This document shows, in pieces, positions 1 to 12,000 of a stretch of DNA of 42,493 nt. Both the position numbers and the translations under genes were made by a program. This stretch comes from an uncultured Propionibacteriaceae bacterium (GTDB lineage: Bacteria; Actinomycetota; Actinomycetes; Propionibacteriales; Propionibacteriaceae): positions 5,667-48,159 of the forward strand of contig CAZLWS010000003.1 in the NCBI GenBank assembly GCA_964563205.1, given 5' to 3'. Below the pieces are notes generated by a model. It saw only the letters and a program-made list of their open reading frames with translations. It was not told where the DNA came from and did no database searches. Position 1 is the stretch's first letter. Every line of letters begins with the position of its first letter.

Positions 1-2
1 TG

Positions 3-3000
3 TCAGCGGGGCCAGATGGCTGGGGTGAAGGCGATGCAGCGGTCGTCGTCGGGGTTTCGTACGCCGTCACGTACTCCCGAACCGCTGCCACCAGTCGCTG
101 CACGGCAGGCGGACACGAGGAGGCTCTCGTTGAGCTCGGGGACGGCGACGTCGGAGGCGGGGTCGCTCCACAGCCACCACACGTTGCCGCTGCCGCCGCC
201 AGGCACGCAACCCAGATCCGCAAACCCCGCACCTGCCGAACATACACTGGCCACCGCCGAACGAAGAGTGAGGACGTAGACGCAGCCCGAGGTCACTCCG
301 GCGGCGCAGTTCAGAGTCATGCCGGGCAGCACGGTCAGCCCGCCCATGCCGGCCACCGTGCCGGCGAAGCTGATCGCCGAAGTCGTGGTGCCGCCGCGGG
401 CCTTCACCGCCGCCCAGAGCGTCCCCAGGTTGAGCGCCAGCGACTTCGGGTCGGGGATCGCCCGGAAGTTGATCTCCAGCGAGGTGACCTTCTGGCCGTT
501 CACCGTCACCGAGGTCGTGTACTTGCTGAGGGTCTTCTTGGTGACCCCGCGCAGCCACGCCTGGCCCGCCGAATCCACCCGCACCACGGCCGGGCCGAGG
601 ATCCGCGGCATCTGGTCGAAGCCCGGCTTCAGCAGGGTCGGCAGCTTGATCTTGATGTCCTGGCCGCGGAAGGCGCCCAGGCCGATCGTGTAGCTGATCA
701 GCTTGCCGCCGTTGCGGGCCAGCACCTTGTCCTTCTTGTGGCCCTGGATGTAGGAGTCGTCGCCGTAGCCGCCGAGCAGGGTGTCGTACCAGCCGGGCTC
801 GGCGTCCTTGTTCTTGCTCGGCTTGCCGCCGGTCGTCAGGTTGTCGTCGGCGTTTAGGATGTCGCGGTCGCGGCCGCCCCACAGGACGTCCTTGCCGGTG
901 CCGCCGACCAGCCAGTCGTTGCCGGCGCGGCCCATCAGGATGTCGGCGCCGTCGCTGTAGACGCCGTTGCGGTCGACCCGGCCGTCGCGGACGTCATTGT
1001 TCAGGAACCACTCCCGCGGGCTGGCGCACTTGGTGAAGGCCTTGGTTCCGCAGAGCAGGATCTTGGTGAACTTGGTCTTCTTGGCGTAGAGCGCGAAGGT
1101 CTTCTTCTTGGTGGTGTTGTAGCCCAGCAGCGTCCCGTCGTTGAACGGACGGTCCCAGCTCGACTCGACCTGGGTGACGACCCACTTCTTGCCCGACTTG
1201 CGGTAGCTCAGCGCGTACGAGGTCGCCAGCGCCTCCGCCCCGGAGATCGCGTCGTCGCCGAAGCCGCCGTCCAGCACGTCGTCGTCCCAGCCGCCGTAGA
1301 GGATGTCATTGGAGTACAGCACGCTCTTGGGCTGCTTGGCATCCACGTTGATGCCGGCCGACCACGCCTCGTCGCCGAACAGCAGGTCACGGCCGGCGCC
1401 GCCGGAGAGCCAGTCGTGGCCCCAGCCGCCGACCAGGTAGTCCGAGCCCGCGTCACCGTAGAGGACGTCGTTGCCGCCGCCGCCGTACAGGGCGTCGTCG
1501 CCGGACTCGCCGTGCAGTTCGTCGGCGCCCCAGATGTCGAGCATCGCCGTGCCCGCGGTCGCCGCCTGCGCCTGGGTGAGCTTCGGGAACAGCCACGGAC
1601 GGGAATCCGGGCCGCCGTCGGTGTAGTCGAGCAGCACGACCACGCGCATCAGCTTGCCGCCGAGCAGCGTGACCACGTCCGGCCCGACGCCGGTCAGCTG
1701 GGCCAGCACGCTGGCCACCGGGGTGGCCCGCAGGACGTAGCCGTTGTCGCCGATCAGCACGTCGGAGTCGGTGTCGTTGCCGCCGGTGTCGTCATTGCGG
1801 CCGGCGCGAGTGCCGGCGCCGCCGAAGAGCAGGTCGCGGCCGTCCGGACGATCCCGCATGGTCACCAGCGAGAACAGCGCCGAGCTGCCGCCGATCAGGT
1901 CGTCGTTGCCGCCGTTGCCGAACAGGACGTCGTCACCGCCGCCGCCCTCGATGTAGTCGTCGCCGTCGGTGGCCGCCAGCGCCGAGGCCTGCAGCACCAG
2001 CTTTCCTGCCCCGTCGCGGTAGGCGCTGACGGCCAGGTCGATCGAGCCGTCGCCCTGGATGACGTCATCGCCCAGCTGGCCGAAGATGACGTCGTTGCCC
2101 GCGCCGCCGGCGAGGTAGTCGTCGCCCCAGGCCTTGACCGTGGCGGCCTGCGCCAGGATGTCGTGATCGAGCAGGGTGACCCGCAGGAAGGAAGGCCACC
2201 AGCCGGTCGGGGTGAGGCTGAAGCTCTGCTCGACCCGGGCGTTGTCGCCGAAGATCAGGTCCTCGCCGGCGCCGCCGTCGACGCGGTCGTTCCCGACGCC
2301 GCCGATCAGCAGGTCGTCGCCCGCCTCGCCGCGCAGTTCGTCGCCGCCGCCGACGGTGTTGGCCAGGACGGCGGTGCGCCGCTGCAGCAGGGTGCCGCCG
2401 CTGTGGGTCTGCGCGATGTAGCCCAGGTCGCCGATCACCACGTCATTGCCGCCGCCCGCGCGCACCGCGTCGGCACCCTCGCCGCCGATGACGACGTCCT
2501 CGCCGCTGCCGGTGGTGATGGTGTCGTTGCCGCCCGCTGTGGCCCGGGTCGCCAGCGCGAGCCGGACGGTCACCGGGATCGCGCCGACCGCCGGCGCGGC
2601 AGCGATGGCGGCCATCAGCGCCGCGTACTCGGCTGCGGAGAGAATGCCGTCGGCGAGGCCGGTCCAGTTCGGTTCGGCGGCGGCCAGCGCCCACAGCACC
2701 AGGCCGTTGTCGCCCAGGACGGTGTTCGTCCCGTCGCCGGCCGTGATCCGGTCCGCGCCCACGCCGCCGATCACGACATCCGCGCCGGAGCCGGCGGTGA
2801 TCGCGTCGGCGCCGCCCAGGGTCGGCAGGATCGTCTCGGCCACCAGTTGCATGAGCTGGCCCGCGCTCCACACCAGCCGGACGGCGCCGAGATCGCCGAT
2901 CACGATGTTCGCGCCGTCGCCCGCGTTGACCGCGTCGGCGCCCTCACCGGCGATCACCAGGTCATTGCCGCTGCCGGTGGTGACGGCGTCATCACCGGCG

Positions 3001-6000
3001 CCGCCCTCGACCGCCGTGACGGTCAGCTGCACCAGCGCGCCCGCGAGGTGATCGGTGACGATCGAGCCGGAGTCGCCCAAGACCACGTTGGCGCCCTCGC
3101 CCGCGTTCACGACGTCCGCCCCCGCGCCGCCGATGACGAGGTCGTCACCGTCGCCGGTCGAGATCACGTCGGCGCCGCCCAAGGTGACCCGGACCGCCGT
3201 CACCTGGCGGCGGACGAGCAGCCCGGCCGACCACTGGAACGCCGCATGGCCGAGATCGCCGATCACCACGTCATGGCCGGCGCCGGTGGTGATCGTGTCG
3301 GCGCCCTGGCCGCCGATCACGATGTCGTCACCGGCGTTGGCAGTGATGACGTCCGCGCCGGCGCCCGCGACATCGCCGAAGTCGATGACCAGGCCGACCA
3401 GCGTCTCGGTGTTGAGCGAGAAGTCGCCCGGCCCGCCGTAGCCGGCGACGCCCGCCGCCGCGGCGACCAACGCCGCCAGTTCGGACGGGCTGAGCACGCC
3501 GTCGGCCAGGCCGGAGAGGTTCGGGACGGCGTTCGGCGCGAACCACAGCACCAGGCCGTTGTCGCCCAGCACGATGTCGCCGTTGCTGCCGGTGATGATC
3601 GTGTCGTCGCCCTGGCCGCCGAAGACCACCAGCGGGATGGTGGAGGCGGAGCCGTCGACGTAGTCGTCATCGGCGGCGGTCGGCCGGCTGCGGTCGGGGC
3701 CCTGGGTGTTGAGCACCAGGTGGCCGTCCTGGCCGGTCAGCAGGGTGACCGTGACCCGGTCGTCGCCGAGGCCGGTGTTGAGCCAGGTGGTGGTCCGCCG
3801 GCCGGCCCGGTGGACAGTGCCGTCGATGACCACGGTGTCGTTGCCGTAGCCGGTCCAGATCCGGACGCCGCCGGTCCAGTCGCCGCCGGCGGCGGCGTAG
3901 CTGATGCCGGCCTGGGCGAGCCCGACGACGGCGATCTCGGCGCCGGCCGCCAGGCTGGCGTCCCGTCCGAGGGCGGCCGGCAGCCGGTCGGTGATCAGCA
4001 CGTCGGAGTCACCGACGGTGGTGCTGTAGTCGCTGATCAGCAGGGTGCTGTGACCGGCGCCGAACTGCAGGTTCAGGGTGCCGTCGACGTCGTCCAGCGT
4101 GCCCAGCAGCATGTCGGGCTTCTGCGGGAGCAGCACGTAGGCCTGGTCGGAGACGTACACGCGGTCGTCCCCGGCGCCCAGATCGACGTTGCTGACCGCC
4201 ACCGTGCCGCGGACGTTCAGCACGTCGTCACCGGAGCCGAGGCCGAGGTTCAGGGTCTCCACGCCGGTGTAGGCGATGCCCTCGGTGCGCCGGAAGCCGT
4301 CGATGCCGAAGCCGGCGCCGGTCGCGGTCAGCTGGATCCGCCGCAGGCCGGCGGGGTCGTTGACCTCGCCGCGGAAGCCGATCAGGAAGCCGCCGCCGAA
4401 CTCCCACACGTACACCGACGGGGCGCAGGGGCTCTCCCCTGCCAGGCCGCAGCTGGTGCTGCGTCCGAAGACGTCACCGGGGCCCAGCGGGTAGAGCAGC
4501 TCCTGCAACGCCTGCTGCAGCTGGGCGGCCGTGGTGGTCGCGGCGTTCACGACCACCGAGCCGATGGCTGCGCCGAGCTGGGACAGGGTCAGGGTGTAGC
4601 TGGCGGCCTGCGGCAGCACCTGGTACAGCAGGTCGAGCGGACGGCCGAGCGCGTCGAGCAGGGTGCGGGCGACCATGCCCAGGCCGGTCAGCGTGGTCTG
4701 GGTGAGCCAGCCGAGGTTGTCCTTCGTATCGCCGGTGTCGTTCAGGTTGACGACGTCCGAGCCCGCCCCGCCGTCGATCACCAGGGTGGCGGCCAGCAGG
4801 TCGAGCAGCCCGTCCGCGGTGCCGACGTTGACGACGTCGTCGCCGGCGTTGCCGAACACCCGGGTGTGCCCGTCGATCGTCCGGACGTTGAAGACGTCGT
4901 CGCCGGCGCCGCCGTCGACCTCGGTCGTCCCGGCGTGGGTGGTCGCGACCGTCAGCAGGTCGTTGCCGCTGCCGAGCAGCAGCCGCAGCGCCTCGAAGCC
5001 CTCGTAGCGGATGCCGGTGGGCGCCATGCCGAATCCGTCGACCCGGGTGCTGGTGAGCGTGCCCGAGGCGCCGGCGGTGCGGGCGCGGTCGTCCACGATC
5101 ACGGTGTCCACCTGCGCGGTCTCCACGGCCTCGCCGTTGCTGGTCTGGACCGGGAACGGGTGCCCGGAGCTCTCCCCCGGCAGCAGGATCGGAAGGTAGG
5201 TCGCCAGCTCGACGTTGTACGGCGGCGCGGTGTCGAAGCCGCCGAACACCTCCAGCCGGCCGCGGATGTCGGCCAGCGTGGTAGTCACGAAGGAGACGGT
5301 GACGGTGTGCTCCGGGGTCGTGGAGGTCGCCGGGACGGTGTAGCTGATGTCCGACGAGCTGCCGCCGATCCGGACGGTGTCGCTGCCCAGCCCGCCGAAC
5401 ACCCGGACCGTCACATTCGCCGCGGTGGAGAGGACGCGGAACTCGTCGTCGCCCTCCTGGCCGTAGAGGTAGAGCTGCTCGATGTCACGGAAGCTGACCA
5501 GGCGGCCGCCGCCGTAGACGCCGGTGGCGGTGACGACGAAGAGGTCGTCGGCCTCGGTGCCCACCAGGACGACCAGGTCGTTGCCTTCGCCGCCGTCGAT
5601 CGCGACCAGCGCGTTCGCCGCGTACTGCACGACGTTGTTGCCGCCGCCGGCGTTGATGTACGGCACCGAGTCGGCGCTGACGAAGCTGCGCACCACGAAG
5701 GTGTCGTCGTCGGCGTCGCCGTAGAGGTAGACCTGCCCGATGTTGTGGACGAGCTCGAAGACGTCGTCGCCGGCGCCCCCGGAGACGGTCGTCTTGAACC
5801 GGACGCCGGGCGACAGCAGGCCGCGTGAGGAATCGAAGCCCACGCTGGCCAGCACGCCGAACTCGTCGTCGGCGACGTAGCGGTCGGCCGGCGGCGCGGG
5901 ATCGATCGAACGCTGCACCTTGTAGATCTGGCCGATCCGGACCAGGTCGTCGCCGGCGCCCAGGTCGAGCAGGAAGTCGGCTGCGGTGTCGTCGAAGGCG

Positions 6001-9000
6001 ACCACGTCGTCGCCGCCCAGGGTGTAGAGCCGGATCGCCGGGCTGACGTTGCCCACGCCGTTGTCGTCGTCGCGGGTCAGATCCGGGCCTTCGTCCACCA
6101 GCGGGTAGCCGTCCGGCGCGCCGACCAGGCCGAGCTGGTAGGTCACCATCTCGACGTCGCCGAACAGGCCGGTCGTGGCGTTCCGGTTCGACAGCAGGCC
6201 GACCAAGCCGCGGGAGCCGTCGGCATTGGCCCGCATCAGGACGGTGTCGGCTTCGTCCGAGCCGTAGACCCACACGGTGTGGAGCCGCTGGGCGTCGCCG
6301 GAGTTGTCGGAGACGTCGACGCGGGAGGTCCCGTTCGTCCACAGATAGACCCGGGTGACGTCGGCGCCGCCCTGGCCGTCGATGCTGATCCGGCCGGCCA
6401 GCAGGTTGGCGGTGTGCTCGCCGGCGGGGTTCACGACGAACAGGTCGGCGCCCGCGCCGCCGTTCACGAAGGTGCGGGTGCTGGTGCTGAGCACCTGCAC
6501 CTGGTCGGCGCCGCTGCCGAGACTGAGGGTGAGCGTCTCCGGGGCCGCGATCCCGGCGGCCGTGTCACGGTAGGTGACCGCGACGTCGCTCGCCATGCCG
6601 AAGCCGGTCACCGTGTCGGCGTCGATCGTCCCGGCCAGGTCGCTGGTGGAGCCGGTGGCGTCCAGGAACAGCTGGTCGACGCCGGAGCCGGCGGTGACCT
6701 GCAGGTTGCCGAGGATGCCGGTCAGCGCGCCCGGGCCGTTGCCGACGATCACCTGGTCGTCGCCGGCGCCGGCGTCGACGGTGGTCAGCCCGGCGATGGT
6801 GTAGACACGGACGGTGTCGGCGCCCGCGCCGGCGTCGATCCGGGTCGGCCCGGCGTGGGTGCTGCGGACGGCCAGCTGGTCGTCACCGGAACCGAGCGCC
6901 AGGGAGAGATCCTCGAAGGCCTCGTAGGCGATGCCGCCGCCGGTCATGCCGAGCCCGGTCAGGGTGTTGAAGGTGAGCTCGCCGGTGTTGGCGGTGGTGT
7001 CGCCGGCGTCCGAGATCAGCACGACATCGTGGCCGTTCTGGAAGCTGCTGTCCGGCAGCTGGGTGCGTCCGCCGTCGAGGGTCAGCAGGGCGTTGATGCC
7101 GTTGAGGGTTCCGCCGGCGTTCGGCCAGGTCGTGGCGGTCGCGCCGGTTCCGGCCGCGCTGCCGACGGCGACGATGTCGTCGCCGCTGCCGGTGCGGATG
7201 ACATGCGGCACCGCGATGGCGCGGACGGCGACGCGGTCGCTGCTCTCGCCGAGCTCGATCAGCACCGAGTCGACGCCGTAGTTGATCGCCGCCAGGCCGG
7301 GGGTGTTGCTGCCGGACGCGGCGGTGGTGGAGGTGAGCCGTCCGGCCGTGATGACGAGGTCCTCGCGCTGGCTGGTGCCGTACACCTCGAGCCGGTCGGC
7401 GCCGGCCGAGTCCTGGACGGTCACCTGGGCGTTGCCGGCGTCGCGGAGCTCGACGCGCACCAGGTCGTCGCCGCCGGCCGGGTTCAGCACGGCCACGCCG
7501 GTCCAGGACTGCGCCCGCCACGCCTGGCTGCCGACCGCGACGCTGCCGTCGGCGTCGCCGATCAGGAAGACGTCGGCGCCGCTGGAGCCGGTCAGCTCGA
7601 TGCGCTCGAAGATCCCGTCGAGCAGTTCGGCGACCGCGCCGGCCTGGAAGTCGGTGGCGCCGGCCAGCGAGCCGACCACGAAGAGGTTGTCGTAGACGCC
7701 GACCGCGGCGCTGATTGACTCGACCAGGGTGTCGGCGCCGCCCGAGTCGCGGAAGGCATCCCGGCCGAGGCCGCCGGTGACAATGTCGTCGCCGTCCCCG
7801 GAGTCGAGGACGTCGTCGAACGGCGAGCCGACCAAGGTGTCGTTGCCGGCCCCGCCGATGAGGGTCAGCGCGAGCAGGTCATGCGCCACGGCGGCGGCGT
7901 TGATCGTGTCATTGCCGGAGCCGCCGTCCACCACCAGGGCGTCGCCCTCGGAGCGGACGCCGCCGGAGATGACCACGCTGTACCCCAGCGCGACCGTGAC
8001 CGCCGCCGAGGTGCTGGTGAGGGTGATCGCGTCGTTGCCGGCGCCGCCCAGGACGCGCACCTGGTCGCGTCCGCCGCTGCCGAGCCGCAGCCGCAGGCTG
8101 GCCGGCGGGGTCCCGGTGAGGTGCCGCACCAGCAGGTAGTCGTCACCGTCGCCCGCGTTGATCTCGACGGTCTCGAAGTTGGCGGCGGTCCGGCTGAAAC
8201 CGCCGGCGGCGTTGACGATGCCGCCCGCCACCACGTCGGCGAGGGTGAGCGTGGCGCCGCTGTTGGAGAGGCCGACGTTGTCGCTGCCGCCGCTGAGGGT
8301 CAGGAACAGCGTGTCACTGCCGGAGCCGCCGTCGATGGTCAGGCCGGTGACCCCGGCGCCGGCCCGGTAGACGGCCTCGATCTCGTCGTTGCCGGCGTCA
8401 CCGAAGTAGGCCTTGGTGAAGGCGTTGCCGATCAGCCGGTCGTTGCCCGAACCGCCCCGGAGCGTGACCGCCGTGCCGTTTCCGCCGTGCCGCAGGATGT
8501 CGTCGTCGGCGCCGCCGTCCGCCGTGCCGTTGGCGGCGCCGGCGATGGTGATCAGGTCGCGTCCGGCGCCGCCGTTGAAGGTGAAGAAGCCCGAGCCGTC
8601 GTGCGCGATGACGTCGTCGCCGTCCCCGCCGTTGATCGTCACCGGGACGGTCACCGAGGAGTCGATGAACACCGAGTCGCTGCCCGAGCCGAAGTCGCCC
8701 TCGATGCTGCGCACGCCGACGTAGGTGTTGCCGCGGCCGAACGACTTCACCAGGATGGTCGCCGATCCGTCGGAAGCGGTGGCGATCTGAGTGATGGAGA
8801 AGGTCTCGTCCTCCTCGTCCTCGCCGATGTTGCGGGCGTTGCGCCGATCCAGGCTGCCCGCGTTGAGGACGAGCTTGCCGTTCTCGATGGACGGGTTGAA
8901 GTTCCGTGGACTGCCTGGCGATCCGGCCAGATAGGTCGGCTTCGGGAACTGCAGGTAGCCGAGGGTGAACTTGGCGGTCGCCGAGAAGGTCCAGAAGAGG

Positions 9001-12000
9001 AACTCGATCTCGATCTTGATCTTCAGCTCGACCTTCACCCGGCCGCTCGGATCCATCGTGCGGGTGTCGAACCCGAAGCTCGCCGACACCCCGACCCCGG
9101 CCAGCGTGAACCCGAAGGCCCGCACCCGGACGCGGGCCGACACCGACAGTTCGAACAGATAGGTGCCGTCGGTGCGCGCGATCGAGGCCACCCGGAAGTT
9201 GAAGCTGCCGACGATGCCGAAGTCGTTGGAGCCGATCGTGAGGTTGCCGGAGAGCCGGACGTCGAAGCTGCCGTTCGACCACAGCTCGACCGAGCCGCTG
9301 AGCCCGGCCAGCCCGAACAGGTCCACCGAGGCGCTCGCCCGCAGATGCCAGGCGGAGCCGTTGACCTCGATCAGCAGGCTGGCGTCCAGCTTGATGATCT
9401 TGAGCAGGTCGACCTTGCCGCGGACGTCCAGCAGGAAGGAGTTGGGCGCGATCCCCAGCAGGGTGGTGCTGGAGGAGGTGTTGAGCTTCAGCTTGCCGGC
9501 GGCCTCGATGGTGAAGATGCCGCCGGGATCCTCGATCTTGAACGAGACGTCGAGGAAGAGCGCGAAGCCGGTGGAGGTGAGCGCGGCGCCGCCCCTGGCC
9601 TGGAACTCCAGGGCGCCGAGCAGGGTGAACCTGACGTCGAAGGCGAGCTGGAAGCCGCTCGGGCCGACGGTGATGTCCAGGCTGCCGTTGGCGGTGGCGA
9701 GCATGAGGTTGATGGCGCCCTGGAGATGGAGCTTGAAGCCCACCGGGATGGACGTGGCGCCCAGGGTCTGAACCCGGCCGGTGGTGTTCAGCTGCAGCTG
9801 GACGCTCAGGCTGGCGCCGAAGCTCAGGCCGGCGCCGCCGAAGCCGCCCACGCCGGCGCTCAGGTCGACGTTGGCGACCAGGCCCTGGGAGTTGATCCGG
9901 AAGCCGCTGTCGGTCAGCGTCAGGTGGCCGAGCGGGCCGATCGCCAGCCGGCCGTTCACGATCAGCGTCAGCTCGGTCGGGCTCAGGCCGAACTCGATCT
10001 TCGCCATGATCTCGATCGTGTTGAGCAGCTTCAGCTGGCCGTACATCAGCAGTTTCACGCCGGGCTGCAGGGTGACCGTCTCGGTGGCGATCACGCCGGG
10101 CGAGGAGTACACGAAGGTGCGGTTGCCGGGGTTGGCCGGGTCTTCGGCCGTCAGCCGGAAGGTCTCGACAGGCATCGCGACCAGGCTGCTGACCGTCGTG
10201 TCGTAGACGGTGTTGACCTCGAGCAGGAACTGGCCGTTCAGCTGGACGCCCGGGATGGTGTTGCTGGAGACGGTCAGCTGGATGCGGCCGGCGAGGCCGG
10301 TCTTCGGGCCGATGAAGACCCGCAGGTTGATCTGGCCGGTGACCGCTCCGAGGAACGGGATCTCGCCGCCCACGGCGCCGTCGATGACGAACTCGGCCTG
10401 CAGGTCGCCGGGGGTCAGGTTCGCGCCGATCCGGATGACGCCGGTCAGGGTGATGAAGTTCTTGATGATCAGGGTGGCCTGGATCCGCGCCACCGCGTAG
10501 ACGCCCGCCGCCGCGCCCGGACGCTCGTTGCCGGCCAGGTCGGGGGCCGCCTTGTACACCGTGATGCTGGTCGGGTCGCCCGGCTTGAGCAGCGGCAGGA
10601 AGGAGGCCGGGATCACGAAGGTCTGGTCGTTCAGGGTTGTGTTGAACATCACCGAGACCGAGCCCTGGATCAGGAAGTCGGGGCTGCTCGGCAGGCCGAG
10701 GCTCGCGCCGGCCGACACGGTGAAGGTGCCCGCGACGCCGAAATTGCCGCCGAGCAGGTCGGTCTTGATGAACAGCAGGCCGGTGGCCGCGCCGTAGGTG
10801 ATCCGCGCCGAGCCGGCGCCGAAGGAGAGCTCGCCGGTGAGGTAGAGGGTCATCGACGGGGTCGGGGTGCCCTCGAGGGAGAAGAAGATCCCGCCCTGCA
10901 GCCGCAGCAGCTCGTTGCCGCCGGCGGTCACCACCAGCTGGCCGACCAGTTCGAAGCCGAAGCTGTAGGGACGCAGCGCGAAGGTGCGGGTGACGTCCGT
11001 GCCGCCCTCGCCGATGCCCTTCAGGGTGAGCGTCTCGACCTTCTCCTCACCGGTGAGGTTGATCTGGAAGGTGCCCTTGGCGAACATCTTGATGCCGTAC
11101 GGCTCCAGCGCGGCGAAGTTGGTCTCGATGGTGGCGACGCCCCAGAACTGCGGCACCGAGGTGCTCGGGTCGCCCATGTCCAGCACGAAGACGCCTGAGG
11201 TGGAGCCGATCGTCCCGAGGTAGATCACCGACATTTGGCCGTCGAAGCTCAGCTTGACCAGCTTGCGGGCGGTGTCGATCTCCAGCACGACGTGGGCGCG
11301 CAGGTCGAGCAGCGGCTCTTCGGTGAGGCCGCCGGCCTGCAGCAGCAGGCCGCCGGTGATCTCGATGTAGAAGGAGGTGCCGCGGGTGATCAGCTTGACG
11401 GTGCTGCTTGCGCCGGCGCCGGTGTTGCCGGCCAGGTCGCGCCAGCTGCCGGCCAGCACCTCGATGCTCACCGTGCCCGGGTTGAGCGTGCCGGTGTACA
11501 GGTAGCGGACGGTGGTGTCGTTGATCAGGACGGCGCCGTGGTCGGTGACGGCGGTGAGGCTTTCAGCGCCGGCGCCGGAGAGGGCCAGCTGGACGTTTGC
11601 GAGCAGGTGGGCCAGGTCGAGGCCGGCGCCGACGCCGGTGTAGCGGACGTCGAACCAGATCGCCGTGGTGAACGAGGCCGGGTCGACGGGCGCCGCGTCC
11701 AGCGCCGCGTCGGCCGGGTCGTACCGGTCGCCCTCGGTGTTCGACCAGCTGCCGGCGATCCACTGGTACTGGAAGTTCGAGACGCTGATCGGGTTGCCAC
11801 CAAGGTCGGTCTCCTCGGTGACGGTGAAGCTGAAGAAGTACCGGAAGGTGGTCGCGCTCAGCTGGGCGGGGCGGCCGTCCACGGTGATGACGCCGTTGTC
11901 AGCGGTGATGGTGAACTCGGCGGCGGAATCCAGGATGCTGGCGACGTCGACGCCGAAGCCGCCCAGGTCCGGGAAGGTGACGTCGATGTAGCCGCGGCGG

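Noticed and set aside
2250-3650. Tandem ~180-190 nt periodicity as a possible CRISPR array or DNA repeat element
   Set aside because: The repeats are degenerate, in frame and explained by RTX protein units; there are no identical direct repeats with unique spacers and no cas genes.
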